DNA of 34,451 nt, taken from positions 1 to 34,451 of the IMG/VR virus record IMGVR_UViG_3300049167_000230, one strand, 5' to 3'. Of the stretch, positions 1-7,463 are shown one piece after another. Below the pieces are notes generated by a model, which was not told where the DNA came from, did no database searches, and was given only the letters and a program-made list of their open reading frames with translations. A program made the translations under genes and the position numbers. The DNA comes from a virus (taxonomy: Duplodnaviria > Caudoviricetes). Positions within the stretch are counted from its first letter, which is position 1. Each line of letters starts with the position of its first letter.

Positions 1-1110
1 ATGCCGTTGCTATTAATCCGACGATCGAAATCTCCTAACTGGTGGATCCGCGGAAGCGTGCGAGGCCTGCACATCTTTGAAAGCACCAGGACTGCAGATC
101 AGGACGCCGCTGAAACGATCAGGATAATCCGCGAGAGACAGCTGCTCGACGAAAGCATCTTCGGACGGAAGATCAACATCACCTTCAACGAAGCAGCCGA
201 TGCCTATCTCCGGAGCGGTGGGTCGCAACGGTTTCTTCGCGCACTTCGCGCAGAGATGGGCACTCTGCCTTTGCGCACAATTCGCCAAGCCGATCTAGAT
301 GCCACAGCCCACCGCCTGCATCCGAGAGCGTCGCCACAAACCAAGAATAGGCAATGCTACACCCCTTTCATTGCAGTCTGGAATCATGCCGTCAAAAATG
401 ACTGGGCGGATTTGAAGATGTGGCAGCGCCCGCGGCGACCGAAGGGGACGACCAGGCGGGCCATCATCTCACGGAGTGGAGCGCACCCGGTGGACTACGA
501 TCGAGCTGCGCTGTTCGTAGCGCATATGCCCCCCGCTCCGGCCATGGTTCTGACGGCTCTCTTCTACACAGGCTTGCGCCCGATCGAATTGTTCACATTA
601 GAGAAAACGGACATTTTCGTCGAGAACCGGTGGCTAGTCGTCAATAGCAGCAAGACTGGCGAGCCTCGAGGCGTACCTATTCATGAATTCCTCGTGCCAC
701 TTTTTCGGTCCCTCATGGGAAGGCGAGATCGGCTGCCGCAGGTGTTCAGGAGCGTCAGGGGAAAACCTTACACGATAGCCGAGAACCACGGCGGCCAACT
801 GAGCAACACCGTAGTCGCGACGAGAAAGCGACTTTTAGAGAAAGGCGAAGTGATAACTGACGTCTCTCCGTACACGGCGCGCCACTCAGTCTCCACGCAG
901 TTGGTTATCAACGGCGTGCATCCACACATCAAGGATCAAATTCTAGGCCACGCTGTTGACAGCATGAGCCGACGATACACCCGTGTGCCGCAAGCTCCGC
1001 TCATTGAAGCGATCAACACGTTGCCAGTCCCTTCGATGTGGAAAGACATTCCGTGGTGGGATGACCCTCTCCGCTTCTCAAGAACGCAGGTGCGATGGGG
1101 AAAGAGATGA
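1..1110 (+). CDS. Tyrosine recombinase / phage integrase 1
   Basis: Motifs TGLRPIEL (R), SSKTG (K), YTARHS (Y in place of the first H of HxxR), ILGH and RRYT (Y); N-terminal arm-binding-like segment SPNWWIRGSVRG. Confidence 0.92.
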   Translation: MPLLLIRRSKSPNWWIRGSVRGLHIFESTRTADQDAAETIRIIRERQLLDESIFGRKINITFNEAADAYLRSGGSQRFLRALRAEMGTLPLRTIRQADLDATAHRLHPRASPQTKNRQCYTPFIAVWNHAVKNDWADLKMWQRPRRPKGTTRRAIISRSGAHPVDYDRAALFVAHMPPAPAMVLTALFYTGLRPIELFTLEKTDIFVENRWLVVNSSKTGEPRGVPIHEFLVPLFRSLMGRRDRLPQVFRSVRGKPYTIAENHGGQLSNTVVATRKRLLEKGEVITDVSPYTARHSVSTQLVINGVHPHIKDQILGHAVDSMSRRYTRVPQAPLIEAINTLPVPSMWKDIPWWDDPLRFSRTQVRWGKR

Positions 1111-2192
1111 CTGCCGCTCCGACACGCGAGGGGCATGCGATGCCCGGGCCACGCCTCAAAGGTCTCTTCAAAGCGCGCAGGATCCTCGCCTCCGGCGAGC
1201 TCCGATACTACTGCTACGCATGGCGCGGCGGACCACTCCTTGCCGACTCCAGCGGCAACGCGATTCAGCCGGACGACCCTGCTCTGCCTGCAGCATTCGA
1301 GGCAGCCCATGAGCATCGGCGGAACCCCCAAAGCAATGACCTAGCGATGCTCATTCGCCAATTCCGACTGTCTTCCGACTTTCGGACCAAGAGCCAGTCG
1401 TCGCGAGTGAACTACGATCGCTACCTGGACGACATCTGGCGGCGGTTCGGTACCCTATCCATTGAGGAGCTTCAGCATCCCGCGACGCGCGGAAAGTTCA
1501 AGGGGTGGCGCGACGGCCTGGCGGATAAGCCCCGCGCGGCCGACTATGCTTGGAGCACCCTCGCCCGCGTCCTCTCATGCGCAAAGGATCGCGGTCTTCT
1601 GACAGTCAACATCTGCGAACGTGGTGGGCGCCTGTATCGAGCCGATCGAGCCGATAAAGTCTGGTCAAATGAAAACATCGCGACGTTCTCGGCTCTAGCT
1701 CCCCCACACATGCGGATGGCGATGCTCATGGGCCTGTGGACGGGCCAACGGCAAGGGGACCTCCTGCGGGCCGCATGGGCAGACTACGATGGCATCCGCC
1801 TGAAGGTGAAGCAGTCGAAGACAGGCGCCCGCGTCACGGTCCCGGTCGCAAAGCCGCTACGGGAAGCGCTCGCTCTCTTGCCTCGTGCCAAAGGGTCAAT
1901 CTTGCGCAACAGTCGTGGTGAGCCGTGGACAACAGCCGGCTTTCAAACAAGTTGGCGGAAGGCCTGCGAAGCCGTCGGCATCACTGGTTTGACGTTCCAC
2001 GACCTAAGGGGCACCGCTGTCACGCGCATGGCGCTGGCTGGCTGTACCGCCGCCGAGATTGCAGCCATCACTGGCCACTCAATGCGGGACATCCACGAGA
2101 TCCTCGACGCGCACTACCTGGGTGGAAAGGTTGAGCTTGCAGAGCGGGCAATTGCGAAGCTCGAGGCGGCGGAGAATCTGGTCGATGAATGA
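1107..2192 (+). CDS. Tyrosine recombinase / phage integrase 2
   Basis: Motifs TGQRQGDL, QSKTG, FHDLRGT, ITGHS, AHYL. ATG at 1107 overlaps the stop of integrase 1 (ATGA); ATG 1140 after GAGGGG is an alternative start. Confidence 0.92.
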   Translation: MTAAPTREGHAMPGPRLKGLFKARRILASGELRYYCYAWRGGPLLADSSGNAIQPDDPALPAAFEAAHEHRRNPQSNDLAMLIRQFRLSSDFRTKSQSSRVNYDRYLDDIWRRFGTLSIEELQHPATRGKFKGWRDGLADKPRAADYAWSTLARVLSCAKDRGLLTVNICERGGRLYRADRADKVWSNENIATFSALAPPHMRMAMLMGLWTGQRQGDLLRAAWADYDGIRLKVKQSKTGARVTVPVAKPLREALALLPRAKGSILRNSRGEPWTTAGFQTSWRKACEAVGITGLTFHDLRGTAVTRMALAGCTAAEIAAITGHSMRDIHEILDAHYLGGKVELAERAIAKLEAAENLVDE

Positions 2193-2238
2193 CCGATACT
2201 CCTATTTGATCATGCCTCGGCACTAGCAATTCTGCGAG

Positions 2239-2266
2239 TTGCGCACTCCGCATTCTGCGCTACCAT
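2239..2266 (+). promoter_or_regulatory. Candidate sigma70 promoter for the 2288 gene
   Basis: TTGCGC-N16-TACCAT upstream of an AGGAGG ribosome-binding site. Confidence 0.4.
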
Positions 2267-2287
2267 GTGGCGACTAGGAGGCTTGCT

Positions 2288-2542
2288 ATGAGGACAATGC
2301 AGAGTTCTGAAATCCCCGCTTTTGTCGAAGAAGTTGCGGCGACCGGATGTGACATCACGGCGGTGCCTGGCGTTGGATACATTTTCGGAGACGCCGACCT
2401 GCCGAGGCCGGTGTATCGAAAGGTGCAGCCCGAGTTGCGGCGCATCGTGGAGCGCTATGGCGAACGCGATCACCTACTCGAGGAGATCACCGAGTATCTG
2501 ATCTCTATCGGGCGTTCCTATCCGCGGCCAGCGCGGCATTGA
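2288..2542 (+). CDS. Hypothetical protein (84 aa)
   Basis: Perfect AGGAGG just upstream of ATG 2288; protein-like composition (MRTMQSSEIPAFVEEVAATGCDITAV...). Confidence 0.75.
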   Translation: MRTMQSSEIPAFVEEVAATGCDITAVPGVGYIFGDADLPRPVYRKVQPELRRIVERYGERDHLLEEITEYLISIGRSYPRPARH

Positions 2543-2603
2543 CGGCGGTCAAAATAACGGTGAGCGCGTGCTCCGTAGTTGACGGCACGATAGGAATAAT
2601 TGA

Positions 2604-2618
2604 GAACGAATAAAGAAC
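2604..2618. promoter_or_regulatory. Alphaproteobacterial LexA (SOS) box
   Basis: GAAC-gaataaa-GAAC is an exact GAAC-N7-GAAC match in an AT-rich intergenic stretch; TTGACG lies at 2579-2584. Confidence 0.65.
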
Positions 2619-2889
2619 AGATTTGCCTGTGGATTAAAGATCGCAAAAGCCCCGTTTCATCGGAGTTTCAGGCATATTGCTCTCGCCGCCAAGGAACGAC
2701 CGTGCCTGGAAAACACGTTAAGGTCGCCCTCGACGGCTGGAGCTGTACCCGCAAAGGAGAGGAGATGGTTGCTGCCTTCTCCTCTCCGGATCACGGTAAA
2801 GGTACCGTGCAACAAGTGGCCTTGTGGAGCAACCTCCAAAATGACGACGCCGTCAAATCGATGTGGATGACTTCCCGTGCGAGGGCTGA

Positions 2890-3111
2890 ATGAAAAAACC
2901 AGAAGCCGAGAAAGCTATTCGATCCCTTAGCCACACTTGGTTCGCTACATTAGCTGAGAAGGAGCAGGAGCATCCAAGCTTCGGCGAGTTCACGAGGTGG
3001 CTACGGGACAATGGGTATGGTGGCTACTTGGACTTCAGGTCGACAATGGGCGCGAACGAAGCTGCCGAGATGTGGTTCGACCAAGAGCTAAAACAGACTT
3101 GGCGGCGTTAG
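2890..3111 (+). CDS. Hypothetical protein (73 aa)
   Basis: Compact Trp-rich ORF (MKKPEAEKAIRSL...WFDQELKQTWRR) with plausible composition. Confidence 0.65.
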   Translation: MKKPEAEKAIRSLSHTWFATLAEKEQEHPSFGEFTRWLRDNGYGGYLDFRSTMGANEAAEMWFDQELKQTWRR

Positions 3112-3230
3112 GCGCGACCTTCGCCCGCTGTCGAATAGCCGATGAAATAATCTTCCGATTCTTGCTCGTCCTTCCAAGGGGAGTGTTCTGTGGTCCGATC
3201 AATCTCTACGTTGGCGGGCAATGCCGATTC

Positions 3231-3255
3231 GGAACTCAATGCCGTTCCGAGAATT
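3231..3255 (+). promoter_or_regulatory. Candidate EcfG/RpoE2 general-stress promoter
   Basis: GGAAC-N18-TT about 40 nt upstream of ATG 3297; matches only the loose consensus. Confidence 0.4.
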
Positions 3256-3296
3256 ATGGCGATGTCGGAGCACGATTTGAGTTCGAAGGTGACAAC

Positions 3297-3584
3297 ATGC
3301 GCATCATCGACGATTGGCTGGACGATTGGATTTCAGAGCGAACCAACGTCTTGGCAGATGACGTGGCATCCCTCTCGAGCCGCCTGCGACAGTCGGCGCT
3401 CGAGGAAGGTTACTCCCTGAAGAAGCTGGAGGACGCCAGCAACGGCGATGTGGACCGGTTCGTCAGACGAGCCGTCGTTCACCATCTGATTGCGCAGTCC
3501 AAAATCGCGCCAGTCACGGCACCCTCCCTCATTATACGAGATCCACAAACAGCTTCGTCCGACGTTCGCGAATACGCGACTTAG
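3297..3584 (+). CDS. Hypothetical protein, DUF768-like
   Basis: MRIIDDWLDDWISER...LRQSALEEGYSLKKLE resembles the DUF768 pattern; GAAGGT upstream of ATG 3297. The longer 2997 start is unlikely. Confidence 0.5.
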   Translation: MRIIDDWLDDWISERTNVLADDVASLSSRLRQSALEEGYSLKKLEDASNGDVDRFVRRAVVHHLIAQSKIAPVTAPSLIIRDPQTASSDVREYAT

Positions 3585-3610
3585 CTGAGTGTTGATAGGG
3601 ACATACCGCA

Positions 3611-3928
3611 ATGAGCCCGACTACCGATTTCATCGCGGAGCTCGTCCGAGCCGCTAATGAGATAGATAAACTTGACCCGAAAGAAACCGGGCGGCTTCTC
3701 AATCGGGCAGTTAATACCATCCGCTACATGAGAGAGCAGGCCGGCATACCAGGCAGCCAGACAGCGGGGGACGCGGTGATCGACCTGCAGACGACTGCTG
3801 TGGCACTCGGTCTGGGCAATCGATCGCCTGATCAGGTCAAGGCTGCCCTTCTCGATGCCGCCGGTATAATCCGGGACTTGCATATCGTGCTGGACACGGG
3901 GACGGAAATTCAGATCGGCAGGGACTGA
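3611..3928 (+). CDS. Hypothetical helical protein of rhizobial prophage type (105 aa)
   Basis: MSPTTDFIAELVRAANE...AALLDAAGIIRDLHIVLD; AGGGA upstream; amphipathic helices. Confidence 0.75.
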   Translation: MSPTTDFIAELVRAANEIDKLDPKETGRLLNRAVNTIRYMREQAGIPGSQTAGDAVIDLQTTAVALGLGNRSPDQVKAALLDAAGIIRDLHIVLDTGTEIQIGRD

Positions 3929-4283
3929 TCGATATTCTGGCTTCGGCCTCATTGTCCCGATGGCCGCCGAATCCATCTTCGCCTGATCAGCGGAGGCGCG
4001 AATGCGAAAATGCAAAACATGTCAGGACACCGCCTGGGTATTGAGGCACCCTGAGAAGCCGTGGACAGGAACCCGCTCTTGCGGCTGTGGCGCCGCCTGC
4101 ATGCCTTGCCAGCGCTGCTCGCGAGATGCAGACTGAATGCTGATCCAGACCATCCACCGGCGTGTCCCAGGTTCTCAAGTCAATACTTCACATTTCCGGA
4201 AAAAGGGTGAATTAGGTTCCTATTCCGTCGGCATCGTCTTGTCTCGCAGTGCCGCTAAGCGTGAATAACCTCAGCCCACAACG

Positions 4284-4319
4284 AAAAAAGCCGCCTCCCC
4301 GATTAAGGAGAGGCGGCTT
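4284..4319 (-). terminator. Rho-independent terminator ending the late/lysis operon
   Basis: Minus strand AAGCCGCCTCTCC-ttaatc-GGGGAGGCGGCTT followed by TTTT, 55 nt after the last lysis-region gene. Confidence 0.85.
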
Positions 4320-4374
4320 GGTGCTGCATATGCAGTAGGTGGTCCGCCGAAGCGGATGGTAGCACGGCGGGCGT

Positions 4375-4719
4375 CTAGGTGCGAGTAGCGCGACCAGGCT
4401 TGCTTTGATTCTCAACGACGCGATCGACGCGGACCACCATGTGATCCACAGCAGTCTTCACGCCGTGGATAGCATCCATGATCTCGTCGCGCGTTTCGCG
4501 CATGCCTGCCTTGGTGATGTAGTGTTCGGCAACGTGCAACTTGTGGGCGGCGAGGTCGGCGCGCACAGACGCAGCCTCCAGTGCGGCTTCGGTGGCTTTC
4601 TGGACAGCTTCTGATTTGGCGCGGTCAACGCGACCCTCAATCCTCCACCAGACGCCAGAGATGGCGCCTAGCAACATAACAAAGAAGCCGACCACACCCA
4701 TGATTTCTGCGCCCGTCAT
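4375..4719 (-). CDS. Single-pass membrane protein with coiled coil, last gene of the lysis cassette
   Basis: MTGAEIMGVVGFFVMLLGAISGVWWR transmembrane segment; ATG 4719 overlaps the o-spanin stop (ATGA). Confidence 0.75.
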   Translation of the reverse strand: MTGAEIMGVVGFFVMLLGAISGVWWRIEGRVDRAKSEAVQKATEAALEAASVRADLAAHKLHVAEHYITKAGMRETRDEIMDAIHGVKTAVDHMVVRVDRVVENQSKPGRATRT

Positions 4720-5009
4720 TTCCCACCCCGCAGAGCTGCGTCGCGCTCGACCACGAAATTCCGCAGCGCCAAGTGCCGACGGTAGCAGTCCAGCAGCGCC
4801 GAGCGATCCGTGATCCACAGATTTTCGACCTGCGCCTGGGTCAGCGGTTTGGTGCCAAGGTCTATCGGCAACCCACACGCCTTCAGCAACTTGGTGTCCG
4901 GAGCGGCCAGCGCGGGCGGCTTCACCGGGCTAACGGACCTTGTTGAGACGCTGCACGCTGCCAGCCCCAAGGCTAGGACGGTCAGCGTCAGGATCTTGCT
5001 GAGCTTCAC
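4716..5009 (-). CDS. Outer-membrane spanin (Rz1-like lipoprotein)
   Basis: GTG 5009 after AGGAGG; signal peptide with lipobox LAAC; Pro-rich segment; overlaps the i-spanin 3' end by 80 nt. Confidence 0.8.
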   Translation of the reverse strand: MKLSKILTLTVLALGLAACSVSTRSVSPVKPPALAAPDTKLLKACGLPIDLGTKPLTQAQVENLWITDRSALLDCYRRHLALRNFVVERDAALRGGK

Positions 5010-5301
5010 TGGCCAGCCTCCTTCGGAGTTCGAGGTTATCGGCTTCTTGAGCCTCAAGGGCGGCAATGGCTTCCGCCTCACGCGCCTTGGCGGCGTTGTT
5101 GGCGATGGTCTGCCTGCGCTGCTCGTTGGCGTCGGCCTCGGCTAGAGCGGCGGCCGTGGCGGCGATGCGCTGCTCGTAGTACGCGGCGGCCCGCTGGTAG
5201 CCTTTGTGGTCGACGTAGGTGTAGGCGCCGACTAGCAGCGCGAACGCGGCCACAGCGCCAGCCAGCCAGCGCCCGACGGGGCTTAGGAGAAAGGCGATCA
5301 T
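4930..5301 (-). CDS. Inner-membrane spanin (Rz-like)
   Basis: N-terminal transmembrane helix then an Ala/Glu-rich coiled coil, directly after the endolysin. Confidence 0.8.
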   Translation of the reverse strand: MIAFLLSPVGRWLAGAVAAFALLVGAYTYVDHKGYQRAAAYYEQRIAATAAALAEADANEQRRQTIANNAAKAREAEAIAALEAQEADNLELRRRLASEAQQDPDADRPSLGAGSVQRLNKVR

Positions 5302-5792
5302 GCGATCCCCTTAAGGCACAGCGCCCGCTCTGCCTGACGTCGGTTAGTCAGGCCAGGAATGGAAACCTTCTTGCCGTTCTTCGTGCCCTTGTCCCACGCC
5401 AGGAAGGCATCGCACGCACCACGGACGTCGCCGGCGTTGAACTTGCGCTGGACGGTAGAACCGCAGAACCCGCCCACGCCGATGTTGTAGGTGAGCGACA
5501 CGCCTGCGACATAGGTCTCGATCGGCAGAGCATCAGGCTGCTTCAGGCAGCCGCGCATGCCCTCCTCGTGCTCGACGAGGCTGCTAATCAGCATGTTGTT
5601 GCAGTCGGCTTTGGAGAATTTCATGCCGGGCTTGATGCCCTTGGTCTCGCCGTAACAGGCGGTCCAGACGCCAACGACGTCGCGGTATGCGTAGAGCTTC
5701 AGCCCTTCGTAGCCGCCTACCGTCTGGATTGCCAGCGCGCCGGCAAGGGTAATCGCGGCGAGTCCACTGCCCGCCTTCTTTAGTCTAGACAA
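5298..5792 (-). CDS. Endolysin, GH24 lysozyme, probable SAR type
   Basis: E-X8-D-X5-T triad (YEGLKLYAYRDVVGVWT), C-terminal GLTNRRQAERALC, Gly/Ala-rich N-terminal anchor; TTG start at 5792 after AAGGAG. Confidence 0.92.
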   Translation of the reverse strand: MSRLKKAGSGLAAITLAGALAIQTVGGYEGLKLYAYRDVVGVWTACYGETKGIKPGMKFSKADCNNMLISSLVEHEEGMRGCLKQPDALPIETYVAGVSLTYNIGVGGFCGSTVQRKFNAGDVRGACDAFLAWDKGTKNGKKVSIPGLTNRRQAERALCLKGIA

Positions 5793-6054
5793 CAGTTTTC
5801 TCCTTTGCGGCAGCGGGCTGCGCCACATGCCGCGCGACCCATGCGCCGCCTAGCAGCGCAAGCGTCGCCCACCACGGAATGAAATCCGCCACGACAGGCA
5901 CGAAGTTGAGGATGATGTCGGCTACGGCTGCAAGCTCGATGAAGCGCAGCGACCAGGCGCGCTTGGCGACCGACCCGGCATCCGGAATCAGCCAGGCGCG
6001 GACTTCCGACCGGGCGCGCGAAAGCGCCCCTCGCCAGATGGTGATGGGGTCCAT
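5785..6054 (-). CDS. Putative holin
   Basis: Small protein with two hydrophobic segments (AWSLRF...ARHVAQP pattern), overlapping the endolysin start. Confidence 0.7.
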   Translation of the reverse strand: MDPITIWRGALSRARSEVRAWLIPDAGSVAKRAWSLRFIELAAVADIILNFVPVVADFIPWWATLALLGGAWVARHVAQPAAAKEKTVV

Positions 6055-6163
6055 GGGTGTCTCTGTGGTTGGGTGGTTAGTTCAGGTCACTAGTGCGCTA
6101 AAATCGCGGCCAAAGAAGCTGACTGCCTGATGCCGAGCAATGCCCACTAAACCTGATTTTCTG

Positions 6164-7375
6164 CTAGATTAGGCTGCGCGGCGACGACAAGGGCGCGCAC
6201 TCTCGGATAAAGTGGAAAACCAGCGTGTCATAATCCATAATAGCGATCTTTATGCCGCGGTTTGCCTGCAAAGCCTGCTCCATCTTGGCGGCGTCAACGT
6301 TTTCAACGCTGCCTACAACAAGCCAGAGCTCCGGATCTGAGACATCTACGTCGTATCGTTTGGACATATATTCCCGATTGGCATCGAATGTGAAGTAGAA
6401 GCTGTAGTGGGCGAGTTGGGTGATGCCCTCGTACACGTAGTCGATTGGCCGGCGGCGGCTCCTTTTACCTTTGATCAAGCTTTTGGCTTCTGTCTTCGCC
6501 AACTTTAGATCAATGATGACGGTCGAGCCATCTTCGCGTCGCAAGATGAAGTCGGGATTTATAGCCTCAGCTTCGATGGTTCCATCGTGCTCGATCCACT
6601 TTAAATAGGGTTCATAGACTAACGATGTGGCATTGAACGCCTTTAAAAGAACCTTGGAATGGTCCTTCAAATATGCTCCTATTGTTGTCTCGTGGATTTG
6701 GTCAGCCAAATACAGGTTCTGCAAATAGGAAGCCACGAGAAGGGATTCATCATCCTTGGATGCATTCCTAACGCCATATCCTATCCTGTTGCCTGTAGTA
6801 TTGCCATATTTTAAAAAATGATCGTAGAAATCCTTTAGTTCGATCTCTGTGCAATCATTTCGAAAAACCGCGAGCAGAAGGATATTCTTGCAGCGATAAG
6901 CTTCACTACTTTTGTTCAGCAGAGCGCAGTTATGGATCAATGTATTGCGAAAATCATCATCGAAGGTAATCAACGATCCGCTTGCATTCATAACCAGAAA
7001 AGTTGTCTCATAGAGACCTAGAAAAGGGAACCTTTTTAAGGCTGGAAAATAGTCAATTCCTTGAGCTATTACTATTTGGCCCGTACTAGTGTGGGCGCCA
7101 TGCATATGGAAAGCACCCCGCTGCTCAACCTCCTTAAACTGATTGAAATAGTCAGAAATTGTTCCACACTTCTTTCGGACTATTAGTTGCAGCTCTTTGA
7201 AGCCGGGCTGAGCGCCCAATAACTCAACCGTCCAATGCTGATCGTAGCGAGACACAATGATGAACTGTGGAAAAAAACCAACTTGGTTTTTTGTGGGTTT
7301 GAATCCATCCCGCAAGAAGGATAGATAATCGTCCCATAAAAGCTTTGAAACCTCACAAAACCTTTCGAACTTCAT
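6164..7375 (-). CDS. Shedu-like (SduA/DUF4263-type) PD-(D/E)XK nuclease, putative anti-phage moron
   Basis: C-terminal HETTIGAYLKDH...NPDFIL...IIDLK...GITQLAHY fits the PD-(D/E)XK plus QxxxY pattern; AT-rich (line 6781 has 19/60 GC, line 5161 has 40/60). Confidence 0.72.
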   Translation of the reverse strand: MKFERFCEVSKLLWDDYLSFLRDGFKPTKNQVGFFPQFIIVSRYDQHWTVELLGAQPGFKELQLIVRKKCGTISDYFNQFKEVEQRGAFHMHGAHTSTGQIVIAQGIDYFPALKRFPFLGLYETTFLVMNASGSLITFDDDFRNTLIHNCALLNKSSEAYRCKNILLLAVFRNDCTEIELKDFYDHFLKYGNTTGNRIGYGVRNASKDDESLLVASYLQNLYLADQIHETTIGAYLKDHSKVLLKAFNATSLVYEPYLKWIEHDGTIEAEAINPDFILRREDGSTVIIDLKLAKTEAKSLIKGKRSRRRPIDYVYEGITQLAHYSFYFTFDANREYMSKRYDVDVSDPELWLVVGSVENVDAAKMEQALQANRGIKIAIMDYDTLVFHFIRECAPLSSPRSLI

Positions 7376-7463
7376 CCGCCCCTCCAGCCGCTATATCTAC
7401 AGACTAACCGTCTGATCAAAGCAACTGAAGGAGCGGCTTCATCCCCTCCACAACTTTAAGGCA

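Noticed and set aside
2600-2893. 97-aa ORF from TTG 2600
   Set aside because: Its first codons overlap the LexA box and it has no clear ribosome-binding site; at most the part from ATG 2765 may be real.
3987-4178. 63-aa - strand ORF starting MRTWDTPV
   Set aside because: Only the first residues hint at a DUF982-like start; the rest looks non-coding and it lies beyond the terminator.
4216-4230. Possible second LexA box GTTC-N7-GTCG
   Set aside because: Second half-site has two mismatches.
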